The notes under the pieces: model-generated
What the model was told of the DNA's origin: nothing
The model's database searches: none
What the model saw: only the letters and a program-made list of their open reading frames with translations
Position numbers and translations under genes: made by a program
In this document: piece after piece, positions 11,631 through 24,063 of the stretch
Layout: each line of letters starts with the position of its first letter
How positions within the stretch are numbered: position 1 is the first letter of the stretch
Assembly (NCBI GenBank): GCA_951406725.2
Contig: OX597838.1
Location: 12,958,001 to 13,022,000 of the forward strand
From: Octopus vulgaris
Lineage: Eukaryota
Direction: 5' to 3'
Length of the DNA stretch: 64,000 nucleotides

Positions 11631-12556
11631 TATATTATCTGTCTATCTCTTTCTTGTTGACAAAACATACTTGTGTGTGTGCATGCATGCATGCACACAC
11701 TTTGTGCAGCATGCACAGATATTAAAACAACATTAGCATCCTTTGAACTTGCTGACTCCACCACATCCAAGGTCCTTATGAGAAGCTGTCACTTTACTTG
11801 ACTTTATACATCTTCTCCTCCCTTATTTTCTCTCTCTCTCTCTCTTCACATTCCTCACCTTATAAAAACACGTGCTTCTCTCTCTTTAAACCTCACCCCT
11901 TCTTCACGTGGTCCTCACCACTAGTTTACTAACCTTCAGCAAATTAAACACTAAATGTACTGAGTTTGTCTCACCTCCGCTCCATCCCATCCATTACATA
12001 TCCCTGCTAGAGCTACTGTCATCATCACTACCCTCACCACGACTTTTGTTGCCATCACCAAAGCCATCATCACCATCACTTTCGCTGTACTCCTCACCAC
12101 TACCACCAGCACCGTTACCACTACCATCACCATCGCTCACATAGCAACAGTATCACTACCACCACCACCATCATGATCAATGCAGTCATAATATCAGTTC
12201 GCATATCGTAAGCTTTTGGCACAGCCCTTCCTCTAAAAGAGGAAGAGAAAAACTAAAGCACTTAGATGCGCATTCATGCACGTGCATCTACACACATACA
12301 CACACAGCTACATGGACCTTGGTGCATATACACATATGTAGAATGTGTGTGTGTGTATATATATATGTGTACACATTATCAGTAAAATTTGTTTATAAAT
12401 TTTTCCAGTCTCAGGTTTTATGAAATCTATACTCTGTGTGTATGTGTGTTTATATATATATACGCATTCACATACACACACACTCACACTCACACACACA
12501 TATATATGCATATACACAAAAGCATGCACTTACACATACACCAACATATATATATG

Positions 12557-12782
12557 AGAGCTGGCAGAAACGTTAGCATGTCGGGCGAAATGCGTAGCCG
12601 TATTTCGTCTGTCGTTACGTTCTGAGTTCAAATTCCACCGAGGTCGACTTTGCCTTTCATCCTTTCGGGGTCGATAAATTAAGTACCAGTTACGCACTGG
12701 GTTCGATATAATCAACTTAATCCGTTTGTCTGTCCTTGTTTGTCCCCTCTGTGTTTAGCCCCTTGTGGGTAGTAAAGAAATA
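12557..12782 (+). mobile_element. SINE family B monomer
   Basis: gagctggcagaaacgttagc...gagttcaaattcc...cctttcggggtcgataaa...gtgggtagtaaagaaata. Confidence 0.9.
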
Positions 12783-12809
12783 TATATATGTATATATATA
12801 CACAAACAT

Positions 12810-13590
12810 CTAGGCCCTTTCCCATTCAGGATATTCCCAAATAGGCCTGCCCAGTCACAGATGTTAGACTGAGTCCCTGGATTGTTACCAGGTCCCAGGA
12901 AGGCGACCATCTTGCATCTGCCGTCAATGTGCAGACTAGTTTCACCAAAACTTGCTCCCAACATCCTTACCCCATTACCATTGGGCTTTTGTAGAAAAGG
13001 AGCTGGTGGGGTAGAGTTGGATCAAAAAGAAACCTGTCAATGGCACGAGTTTTTTAAGGGTGGAGATCTCCTTGTTAAGGGTGGAGATCTCCTTGTTAAG
13101 GGTGGAGATCTCCTTGTTAAGGGTGGAGATCTCCTTGCCAAGGGGTCCCCATGCACTATGGCCCCAAATTCTGCTGCTGCAGCACTACCTGGAGTGATAT
13201 GCGAGGTCTGGAAGATGGGTAGCAATGAAATGCCACTAGCTCCAATGTCATCAGAGCTGTTCCTTTCTAGCCAGTCCCTCTGGCATTGCCCTCTTCCACA
13301 AGGATCAGTCGTTGAGTTTGGAGATCTAGCTTCCTCTGCTTGATCTACCATTGGGGGTCTTAGTTTGGTGTGGTAAGGGATAAAGACAGTACTCCTGTGC
13401 CCTTGTTTGAACAGATCTTGCTTTTAGTTCTGATGGGTGCCCTCGTATCCTCCTTCAAGATCCAGCCAGCTGCAACAAGAGGGGAGCTGGTTTAGCTGTC
13501 AACGACCCAAAACATTGGAGGTGGAAGCAGTCTTCTTGCTCACCAGCTCCTGTTGAACTGTCCAGTTCATACGATCATGGCAAATGGGCA
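12810..13590 (-). mobile_element. Probable decayed 5' portion of a non-LTR retrotransposon (RTE-like), with a 21-bp tandem repeat
   Basis: GC-richer island; ~4 x ttaagggtggagatctccttg (13054-13137); 5' motif related to 7810-7870; a frameshifted GTW-N-IQGL-like endonuclease start near 12870-12900 (weak). Confidence 0.45.
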
Positions 13591-13756
13591 TTAAATAATG
13601 TCAGTGATGAAATTAAAGGAGATGAATTTAACAACTATCAAGGTACTAACCAATAAGTGGGATACATCAAAAAATGGTACTGAGTAGCTAACGAGAGGTA
13701 CTAACTAGGTTTTGAGAGGTGTTGGTCAACTAGTAAGTGGTACTAACTTGATAGTA

Positions 13757-13984
13757 GGCGAGCTGGCAGAATCGTTAGCACGCCGGGCGAAATGCTTAGC
13801 GGTATTTCGGTTGCCGTTACGTTGTGAGTTCAAATTCCGCCGAGGTCGACTTTGCCTTTCATCCTTTCGGGGTCGATAAATTAAGTACCAGTTACGCACT
13901 GGGGTCGATGTAATCGACTTAATACCTATGTCTGTCCATGTTTGTCCCCTCTATGTTTAGCCCCTTGTGGGTAATAAAGAAATA
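13757..13984 (+). mobile_element. SINE family B monomer with 17-bp TSD
   Basis: Flanked by ggtact(a/g)acttgatagt at 13739-13755 and 13985-14001. Confidence 0.92.
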
Positions 13985-14408
13985 GGTACTGACTTGATAG
14001 TGAGCTGTAATAAGTAACAAAGTACTTTATGGACCATGGTACTGTTGAGTGGAATTTTTGAAGAAATATTAAAAAGACAAAATAAGCAAAAAGCAAGTTT
14101 ATTGTTGGCCTTGAAAATTACATGTAAACAGCTTTGCTACATTTCAAACTGTAAAAACATAATTGCTTTACTATATAACTATTATATAGCAATGGAATAT
14201 ACATACATGTTTATGCTTAAACACACACACACGTGTGTATGTAGACATTTGTAGATAGATACACACACACACACACTCACACAGACATGGGTACTTCCAC
14301 AAACATAATTTTCTTACTATACATTAGCAACATATCTTGACTGAGAATTGGTACGAGGTTATGTTACCATTTCTTTGTATTGCTGAACACCTTCCTCCTC
14401 TCTTACTT

Positions 14409-14442
<34 letters not shown>

Positions 14443-14744
14443 GCGCGCGCATTGTGCAATTTGTCCTTGCCCAACTTTTAAAGAAAGATTAAAACTTAGA
14501 AAAGTAGCGAAATAAGGAATGAGCAGGAAAAAAAAAAGATTATTGAAATAACTTTTAGATATTTATAAGAGAAATACCAAAACAGTATAAAATGAGTGAA
14601 ATTTGAAAAAGCATTGATTTTTCTGTTCTTGTTTGCATGTGGACAATATTTCCTTAATTTCTTTAACACTTTAGCATTTAAACTGACCATATCTGGCCAA
14701 AATACTCTGTTTTATATTCAAACTGGCCAGATCCAGCTTCTTAC

Positions 14745-14879
14745 AATATTTATCCCGACTTATGCATGAATATTCTGTTAGAGCTAACTATACAGCCAAT
14801 ATAGGAGTTTCTTTCATGGTACCTCCTGCAGTGTAGTTTGTTCTAAAACGACATCCAGGTTTTAGTGGGGATAAATATT
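14745..14879. repeat. Imperfect ~135 bp palindrome
   Basis: aatatttatccc ... gggataaatatt, with inner tagagctaactatacagc / gcagtgtagtttgttcta. Confidence 0.75.
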
Positions 14880-15013
14880 ACTGCACAGTATTAATACTGC
14901 CTCTGTCACTAATATATATTCTTTGAAATTGGAATGGTTAATGACTACCAGTATTACTCAGAGGTTTGAATGCATTCTACAAATTTGTAGAATGTCTATG
15001 CAGAAAATTCATA

Positions 15014-15535
15014 AATAATAATAATAATGAAATTATTGTATACAGTGCTCAGGTGCACCACAACTTGTCAGAAAGTGCATATAAAGTACATGCAGTAATG
15101 TAAAAATGTCTGGAAAGCGAACAGTGTATGAGTCAGATACATGCCTGTGTGTGTATGGAGGGGAGAAAATAAGGTGTAGTGTTGGCGAATCTCAGAAAGC
15201 ATGGAAGTTTTGAAGGATGCAGTGCTCCGACAACTAACAACTGATGCCGGCAGTTTGTTCCATGCTTCAGCAACTCTCAGCGTGAAAAAATGTTTCCTGA
15301 AGTCATGGGAGCTGTGCTGTTTTCTGACTTTGTAAATATGTCCACGGATGTTACATGGGTGGAGTTTGAAAAGGTGCTCAGAGTTATTGTTTGTACGATG
15401 GTTGATAATTTTATGGGTGTCTGCCAAGTCAGCTGCCAGATGTCGGAGTTTCAATGTGTCCATGCCCAGGGAAGTAAGGCGTTCAGGATATGGCAAATGC
15501 CTGATGGAAGGTATTCTTTTGGTTGCACGTCGCGG
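15014..15535 (-). mobile_element. Second CR1-like LINE family, 3' end with (TTA)n tail
   Basis: ORF 15068-15496: PYPERLTSLGMDTLKLR..RGHIYKVRK..RKHFFTLRVAEAWNKLPASVV. Confidence 0.88.
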
Positions 15536-15639
15536 ATCACTTACAGGGGCAGAATCACAAACTCTGAAGTCCCGAGAATGCCAATCTGTGCAGCCTGCAG
15601 GAGATTGTGGTCGATAGAAGAGTGAGACTTGCAGGTCAT

Positions 15640-15875
15640 GTTTTCCAACTGCCAGAAGGATGAATACCCAAGATTGCTATGAAATGGGTTCATCAGAGGG
15701 ACAAAGAATGAGAGGGAGACCCAAGAAGACATGGTGTGGCCCCTTCAGAGAAGATCTGAAGCAGCTTAGCATTGTCTGGGGAAGATGCAAGACACAGGGG
15801 ACTCTACTCAAAACCAGGATTATTGGAGACGTCATGTTGCCTGATGTAACAGGCCAATCATGTAGGAGGAATTAA
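15640..15875 (+). mobile_element. Decayed RTE-like LINE 3' end
   Basis: EGQRMRGRPKKTW..REDLKQL, the RGRP-x-x-x-W motif of RTE C-termini. Confidence 0.6.
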
Positions 15876-16164
15876 GGCTAATAATCCTTAAACATGCATC
15901 CTAGTGTGTGTATGTCTACACATAGATGTTTACGTATTCATATATAACAACTACTTCAGTGTATGCGTGGGTGTGTGTATGTGTGTGTATGTGTGTGTTT
16001 GTGGGTGTGTGCGTGCTCAGAACATATTTGTAGACAAAATATTTATCATGCAGGCATTCAGACATAAACAGTATGTCTCTGGTTACATGTAACATTGGTG
16101 TTCAAAATATTACTACTACACCTGTTGTGTTATCAGAATCAGTTTACTCTTTCAATACCAAAGT

Positions 16165-16405
16165 ATATATATATATATATATGTGTGTGTATATATGAGT
16201 GTGTGGTAGATGTTGGCGCCAGCTAGCATATATTTGTGTATATATATATGTATATATATGTATATATATATATGTATATATATATATATCTATATCTATA
16301 TCTATATCTATATATATGTACATATATGTTGTGTATGTGTGTTATATATATATGTATATGTAATATATTAAAGTGTGTATATTATATATATGTATATATA
16401 TGTGT

Positions 16406-16436
<31 letters not shown>

Positions 16437-16674
16437 TATATATATATATATATGTATATATATGTGTATATGTATATATATGTATATATATGTGTATATA
16501 TTTATATGTGTGTATATATATATATATGTACATATACATATATGTGTATATATATATATATGTACATATATGTGTATATACGTGTGTATATATATATGTA
16601 CATATGTGTATATATGTGTGTATGTATATATATATATATATATGTACATATATATGTATATATATGCATATATA

Positions 16675-16728
<54 letters not shown>

Positions 16729-16732
16729 CATA
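16165..16732. repeat. (TA)/(TG) microsatellite tract
   Basis: Directly visible. Confidence 0.95.
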
Positions 16733-17023
16733 GACAGATGCACAGATATCACAATATAAAAGTGTGCGTGGTGAGATAAGAGAAGTGGAGGATAGTTCCA
16801 GTTATCTCACTGGTTAAGGAGGAGGAAAAGGAGGTTTGGAACCCGAGGAGTGAGGTTTCAATTTCTCTTTAGCTGAGTCATTAATATTTTTCTATCTCTT
16901 TGTGTACCAGTGTGTGTGTGTGTGTGTGAGAGAGAGTTTGTATCTAGTCAGAGAAAAACCTGACTCGTGCAAGCAGCAAGCATGGAAAAGAGGATGTTAA
17001 AATGATGGATGATGACGATGATG

Positions 17024-17054
<31 letters not shown>

Positions 17055-17091
17055 AGTGTGTATACATATGTATCTGTTTTTTTTTGTTTTT

Positions 17092-17497
17092 CTTTTACTT
17101 GTTTCAGTCATTAGATAGTAGCCATGCTAAGGCATCACCTTCAAGAATTTCAGTCAAATGAATCAATCCTACCATTTATTGTTTTAATGCCTGGTACAAT
17201 TATATTGGTCATTTTTGCCGAACTGCTAAGTTACAACCAACCCCGGTTATCAAATGCTTGTGGGAGAGACAAACACAAAAACATGTGCACATATGTGCAT
17301 ACACACATACACACACACACATGTATATTTTTATGTATGTGATGGGCTTCTTTTCAGTTTCCACCTACAAAATCCACTCACAAGGCTTTGGTCTGCCCCA
17401 AGTTATAGTAGAACACACTTGCCCAAGGTGCCATACAGTGGGACTGAACCTGGGACCTTGTTGTTGGGAAGCAAGCTTCTTACCACACAGCCTTGCC
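17092..17497 (-). mobile_element. SINE family A, older diverged copy
   Basis: Colinear with 1987-2401 but with many substitutions. Confidence 0.8.
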
Positions 17498-17772
17498 TGA
17501 TATAAATATATATGTGTGTGTGAAGATGCATCCCTTGTGGCCAGAGTGTTGCATTCATGATTGCAAGACTGTGGTTTCATTCAAACTCTTGTGTTGTCTC
17601 TGCTCAGTTCATCAACCATTTTACTGAGGCACTGGCTGCTATTTTTCATGGCACCTGCACTAGTCAGGTTGCCTTGTATCTCACTAGGCTACAGTGCCTT
17701 TCAACTGTAAAGGAAAATAGGGGAGAGAGAGAGTGTTTCTTTATTCACCATGAGGTTGAGAAAAAGAGGGGA

Positions 17773-18079
17773 TGGTGGCACATAAAAGCGCCATCCGAAC
17801 GTGGCCGATGCCAGCGCCGCCTTGGCTGGCTTCTGTGCCGGTGGCACGTTAAAAGCTCTAACCAATCATGGCCGATGCCGGACCCCCCTGGCACCTGTGC
17901 AGGTGGCATGTAAAAAGCACCCACTACACTCGCAGAGTGGTTGGCGTTAGGAAGGGCATCCAGCTGTAGAAACTCTGCTAGATCAAACTGGAGCCTGGTG
18001 CAGCCCTTGGCTTCCCAGACCCCGGTCGAACCGTCCAACCCATGCTAGCGCAGAAAACGGACGTTAAACAATGATGATG
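17773..18079 (+). mobile_element. SINE family C
   Basis: Near-identical to 1297-1592. Confidence 0.88.
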
Positions 18080-18084
18080 AATAC

Positions 18085-18460
18085 AGGGACAGACAAAACA
18101 AACGTTGGGGTCAGGGTATCGAATGAGACGAAGAAACGTATGAATAAACAAACAATTAAAATATATACAATTAAATGAGAATGAGTGATTAACACAAAAT
18201 GAAGTGGAGGACGCGGTTGACCCCACAAACCACAAACTCACACTGAAGACTTTGCTTTCTCCTTTTTTTACATTCTCGATTAAACAGGTTCTTTCACTCG
18301 CAACATACTTGCTATAGACTTCCATCTTTTACGAAACACACTTTGCGACAGGCATTTCTTCTCCAGCCTTATTTTCCGTTTCATGTGGAAAACGAAAAAG
18401 TCGATTAGCTCGGAGACTGGAGATAAACATGACTTTTGGCAACTTGTTGAGAGAAGTTAC
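18085..18460 (-). mobile_element. Probable L1/Tx1-like LINE 3' end
   Basis: Minus frame reads SELIDFFVFHMKRKIRLEKKCLSQSVFRKRWKSIASMLRVKEPV*, resembling Tx1-type ORF2 C-termini, followed by a T-rich 3'UTR. Confidence 0.5.
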
Positions 18461-18983
18461 ACTCTCATGAGAGGAATAGTTCTATTGTGAGAGCTTGGTG
18501 GTGGTGTTGGAGGAGAGTGTAGCAGAGGACACAATGTTGTTGTGGTCTGTCTGTCTGTGTGTCAACATTTTCATTCATTTTCTATGCTGGCATCATCATC
18601 ATCATCATCATTTTAATGTTTACTTTTCCTTGTTTGCATGGTTCAGACAATCCATCGAAGCAGATTTTCTATGGCCAGAGGCCCTTCCCTCTCTCAAACT
18701 CTCATTTGTTTCCAAGCAAGGTAAGATTTCCCCTTGACTGGATATGTTTTCATGGAAGATTAGAACCAAATGACACCGCTTGTATGATGGTGATGCTTGT
18801 TTACAACTATCACACAATGTTCAGAAAAGGACACACACATACACATGCACACAACAGGCTTCTTTCAGTTTCTGTCTACCAAAACCACTCACCAGCCTCA
18901 AAGCTTTACTAGAAGACATTTGCTCAATGCAGTGGGACTGTCTGTCTGTCTGTTTGTCTCTACCTACCTACCTACCTCCCTTG

Positions 18984-19685
18984 CTATCTCTGTCTAACTC
19001 CCTGTCTTACTATCTCTATCTAACTCCCTGTCCTACTATCTCTGTCTAACTCCGTTTTACTATCTCTGTCTAAGTCCTTGTCTTACTATCTCTATCGAAC
19101 TCCCTGTCTTACTATCTCTGTCTAACTCCATTTTACTATCTCTGTCTAAGTCCTTGTCTTACTATCTCTATCTAACTCCGTCTTACTATCTCTGTCTAAC
19201 TCCCTGTCTTACTATCTCTGTCTAACTTCCTGTCTTACTATCTCTATCTAACTCCATGTCTTACTATTTATCTATCTGCTTGTCTTACTATTTATCTAAC
19301 TGCCTGGCTTACTATCTCTTTAAATATTTGTCTTACTATCTCTGTCTATCTGTCTGTGTCTTTTTTCTATCTATCTGTCCCTCTGTCTATCTAACTGTAT
19401 ATCTATCTGTTTGTCTCTGTCTATTTATCTGTCCAAATGTGTGTCTATGTCTGTCTGTCTGTCTCTCTATCTCTCCATCTATCAATCTCTCTAACTGCCT
19501 ATCTTACTATCTGTTTTACTATCTCTGTCTGTCTAACTATCTATCTATCTGTCTGTCTCTGTCTAACTATCTATTTGTCTGTCTGTTTGTCAAAATATCT
19601 ATTTGTCTGTCTGCATAACTGTCTTTTTATCTGTCTGTATAACTATATATCTGTCTGATAATATATTTATCTATCTATCTACCTA
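18984..19685. repeat. 24-26 bp minisatellite (ctatctctgtctaactccctgtctta) grading into (TCTA/TCTG)n
   Basis: About a dozen units at 18984-19330, then progressively simpler repeats. Confidence 0.9.
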
Positions 19686-19746
19686 TTTAATAAATATAAT
19701 ATGATATAATATAATATAAAATAATGTATTCTATTTTCCATTTCAG

Positions 19747-19847
19747 GTAAGTTCTACAGGATCATTATTATTATCATATCCTTGCTTATTTCCACTAAGA
19801 TGGAATATTCAAGTAATCCTTTTTATGGAATTAGTAGCAGTCACAAG
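19747..19847 (+). other. Candidate small exon / recursive splice site
   Basis: Pyrimidine tract ending tttcAG, directly followed by GTAAGT (19747); downstream donor caag|GTATGT (19848). Confidence 0.4.
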
Positions 19848-20398
19848 GTATGTACTTTCACTTGTTGGAGATAAACTTCTCATCTTTCGTTAATTAACTA
19901 ATTAACTTACTAATTTACTAGTTCAGACACCAAATAACAGTTGTTCATGCACTGGCTAGAATGACTTGCAGTATTTATTCCAGCTGTGTTCTGAGTTCAA
20001 ATCCTACTGATATCAACTCTGCTTTTCCTCCTCTCAGGGTCAATAAAAATGTATTGATTCAGGGTGCAGGTAGATTGACCGAACTGTAAGGACTTGAGGT
20101 CAACTATCTTGTGGGTTTTTCCATTCTGGGTTTTACCATTCTGAGTTAAAATCCTGTCTTGTGGCCATGAGATTCTTTATATTCTATATACTCCTCATGA
20201 AGTAATTTTCAGTGCTCCAGCATGGCTGTAGTAAAATGACTGAAACAAGTAAAAGATAAAAAAATATTCTTCATCTTAATTTTGTGTCTGTTTTTCTGTA
20301 CTAGCATGGATTGGACGGGACAGAACCAGCATAGCATTTCACCGTTTGTCAGTTGGCACATACAGCAACAGAGAAAAACTGGCAATTTTCGTTGTTGT

Positions 20399-20460
<62 letters not shown>

Positions 20461-20964
20461 TCACAGAAATAGTCATTTATAAGAGTGTGATAGATGTCAG
20501 TAATGCATGACCTTGAGGAGAAGTGATGGTTGGCAGAGAGAGGGTGATAAAAATGGTATATCGGATACCAATGGATATGATGCAGTTCTTCCTTCATTAT
20601 GCAAGCATCATGATAGTAGAGGGAATAAGAGAGAGAGAAAGAGAGAGAGAGATAGTAAGAAGTTGGAGAGAGAGACAAAGAGAGTTAGTGATGTAGATGG
20701 TAGTAGGAGAATTGGTTATGAAGAGCTCCAATGTTATTTATTGTTACACAAGCAGCATGGTGTAATGGAAAGGAGAGTGGGGAGGACGAATGATAGAGAT
20801 GAGAGGATTAGGAAAAGGTAGTGAGGGGAAGTGGATGGAAATTGAGTAAGAACCTAATAGGTGAGAGGCAGAAGTCTAGATACATTACCACATCCCAGCC
20901 TCCATAACTAACATCATTTTTAACCCTTTAAGCATTCACATTATTCTCTCTAATGTAATAATCT

Positions 20965-21354
20965 CTTTTACTCTTTTACTTGTTTCAGTCATTTGACTGC
21001 GGCCATGCTGGAGCACCGCCTTTAGTCGAGCAACTCGACCCCGGGACTTATTCTTTTTGTAAGCCCAGTACTTATTCTATCGGTCTCTTTTGCCGAACCG
21101 CTAAGTTACAGGGACGTAAACACACCAGCATCGGTTGTCAAGCAATGCTAGGGGAACAAACACAGACACAAACATACACGCACACATATATATATATACA
21201 TATGTACGACAGGCTTCTTTCAGTTTCCATTTACCAAATCCACTCACAAGGCCTTGGTCGGCCTGGGGCTATAGCAGAAGACACTTGCCCAAGATGCAAC
21301 ACAGTGGGACTGAACCCGGAACCATGTGGTTGGTTAGCAAGCTACTTTCCACAC
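20965..21354 (-). mobile_element. SINE family A nested in the MITE
   Basis: Matches the family A sequence. Confidence 0.9.
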
Positions 21355-21488
21355 ATGCTTGTTTATTCACATTGTTTTTTTTTATTATTCATGCATTATT
21401 TTGTAGCTTTGAGATTTTGATGAATTTTAAAATGATGCTGGGTTGGTGTGAGAAGCCAGATCCGGCTAGTTTGAACATATAAGAAGAC

Positions 21489-21871
21489 ACTCGACCGTTA
21501 TTCTCTAGAAAAACGCCGCCGCCGTGGTGATCTCGTTCTCGCTCACGACATCATAAGCGGAAAGTGTAACCTCCTCTTGAAAGAGCTGTTCTTCACTCCT
21601 GCTCCAGAGCGTTGGCTGCGGGGTCACTCCAAAAAAGCTCTATCTGCGACGATTTCATCTCAATCGAAGGAGAGGGGCTTTCTCTGTCCGGGTTGCGGAT
21701 CCGTGGAATAAGCTGCCGGACGAGATAGCGAAGATCCCGACAACCGCTCGGTTCAAAGTCTCTCTTGACCAGAAATGACCTGAACTCTTTGCATGAACAC
21801 CCTCCCTGTACATAACTCCATGGCCCCCCTACATGGCCTTGCTTTTTGAGCCAAAAAATTAACTTAACTTA
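21489..21871 (+). mobile_element. CR1-like LINE 3' end (same family as 8036)
   Basis: ctagaaaaacgccgccgccgtggtgatctc...gagccaaaaaattaacttaactta. Confidence 0.9.
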
Positions 21872-22550
21872 TATAACATGTAGTGTTTTGGCTGAATATA
21901 GCTGGTTAGTGCTAAAGGTTTAATGAATGTTTTACCATGTTTATAGAGATTGGTGGGTCTTCTCCAGCACTACATGTTACATGTTATTGCAATCCTTTAT
22001 CGTCTCCATCATGAGGTTCAAAGTAATGATGGAATCTGGCTAGAGAAGTGACATATAATTGTGAGGCCGGTACTGTTTTTGCCTAGATGGCGGGTCAGAT
22101 TTGCATGTCTCCAAAGTTTAAATGGTGCTGGTGATCATAAGATGAAGAACTTAAGTAAGATCAAATACTAGTCAGTCAATCCAGTGTGTGTGTGAGTGTG
22201 TGTGGGGTTCTAATCAATGAAGGGAGGCTGGTGCACTATAAAGTTGTTGAGAAGAAGGCCCTGAAACTGCACATTCTTTCCTGATGACCTCTGAAGCCCT
22301 CAATGGGCAGCACTTGTACAAGCTGTTTACAAGTCTCCATCATGAGGTACACCTTGAAATTAGTCTTCATCACTTCATCCCATGTCATCTTCCACAGGTT
22401 CCATCCATTCCGAGCGCTTGGCACTTTTTCATACAACTGTCATCCCTATATGTATCGCCTACTTCTTAAAATCATTAGTCTTTGCTAAATTTTCTTTGAG
22501 GTCTCTTGATTCTAGGTTTTACTTCCAAAGTTGGAATTTATTTTCTTTCT

Positions 22551-22590
<40 letters not shown>

Positions 22591-22969
22591 ATGAGATCAA
22601 ATTAACTGCAAAACTTTACATTATGTATATGAGCAGGATGCTTTAGTTTTCCTTGCCTAGACTCACTTACCATTCTGGCGTGAATAGGTACCAGATATCT
22701 GGGTACACCTTGAAATCAGTCTTCATGCCATGCCAAACCAGATTTATGACACCATCCCTTCATGCTTTGGAAGCAAAATCTCAAAAGCTCTTGAGAGCTT
22801 AAAAAATCCCTTATGGATTTTCTTACACATAACGTTTATCCATAATTTTTTCTGCTTGTAACATCACTAAGCAGCCCATTAAATGAGGATTAAATTTAAT
22901 GAAAGTGTTGGTAAACTGAAACACATGTATTCTTTGAATTAAGGAATAATTTGTATTGAATTAGTTTTA

Positions 22970-22999
<30 letters not shown>

Positions 23000-23001
<2 letters not shown>

Positions 23002-24063
23002 TCCTCCACCTTAGCGAAGGCGGAGGTATTGTTTTCAGTTGTGTTTCTTTGTTAGTTTGTCCGTGGACAAGATATCTCAAGAAGTGCTGGATAGATTTGG
23101 ATGAAACTTTCAAGGATGTTTGGCCTTGTGACTGGCATGAACTGATTAGATTTTGGGATCGATCTGGTACTGGACAAGGATTCTGGATTATTTGTTATAT
23201 TTACTTTACATGAAGTATTACGATCTTATGTTGACTTTCAAGTCTTTCTCTGATTATCTCCCTTGAAAGCACGCTCATGGTTTCCACATAAGTTATGGCA
23301 GTGTTGCTGTTTCCAAAGTTTTATTTTCATTTCTCTATTATTAATTTTACTCGTGTCTCTCTCTTGGTAGAGACTAATGGATAAAGAAATCCAACCACAT
23401 AAACAAACAGCAGCAAAACCATTCAGAGACTAAATAATACTAACATATTCAGTAACAAGAATAAATCTAATTTATCCTCAACAACTTTTAGTTTTACCAA
23501 TTTTGAATATATTGCTCCTGTTTAAAACCTCTTACCTACTTGAAAATTGCATTTCTAGCTCTGCCTTGAAGGAAGCTTTACTTCTTGGACTCATGCTTTT
23601 GTGTGCAACAATGTTGTTAATAAACCTCTGTTAACAGCACCATATGCAGGTCCTTTCCATTTTATTTCGTGCATGGATAAATTTTCCATTCTAGACCTTA
23701 ATGGTTGTAAAGACACTATATCAGTGGATAGATTAAAAAAAGGCCTTCATAGAGAAAACTGTCCCTGTTCCCACTGCAGATGACACACACTCACACAGCA
23801 TTACAAACACGGCCCACACACCCACCTTCACATTCCATGACTACCATTGGGATCGATCAGGTACTGGACAAGGATTCTGGGTTATTTTTCCGGTTGTTTT
23901 ACTTAATTTTTGGGAGCAGTCAGGTTCATTTTTAGTATCCTCGTTTGTGAGAGCAGTCGAGTTTATTTCAGATATTCTCATTTTCGTATTCATCTCCGGC
24001 TAATCGTCGAGAGGACGTTGGTGTTGCCTCGGTGGAGGTTTGCGCTCTCTTAGTGCTCTTGTT
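23000..24063 (+). mobile_element. Helentron-associated non-autonomous element (HINE/DINE-1-like)
   Basis: 5' subterminal IR cctccacc..ggcggagg hairpin (23003-26), gtttgtccgt microsatellite, 3' IR ggtggagg (24031-38) plus stem-loop gcgct-ctctt-agtgc; T-rich flanks. Confidence 0.7.
23585..23750 (+). pseudogene. Gypsy/Ty3 integrase C-terminal (GPY/F module) fragment
   Basis: THAFVCNNVVNKPLLTAPYAGPFHFISCMDKFSILDLNGCKDTISVDRLKK. Confidence 0.75.

Larger units (their letters stand above)
20920..21923. mobile_element. piggyBac-like MITE split by a SINE A and a CR1 insertion
   Basis: ttaaccctttaagcatt ... tgctaaaggtttaa; internal pieces are colinear with the uninterrupted copy at 29936-30160. Confidence 0.65.

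Noticed and set aside
12882-13351. Overlapping 153-aa and 104-aa ORFs as a host gene exon
   Set aside because: No recognisable domain; length inflated by the 21-bp repeat; context fits a retroelement 5' region better
22330-22440. MKTNFKV motif suggesting a Tc1 transposase
   Set aside because: The flanking DGTCGR..TWDEV sequence fits a decayed RTE 3' end better; too eroded to annotate firmly
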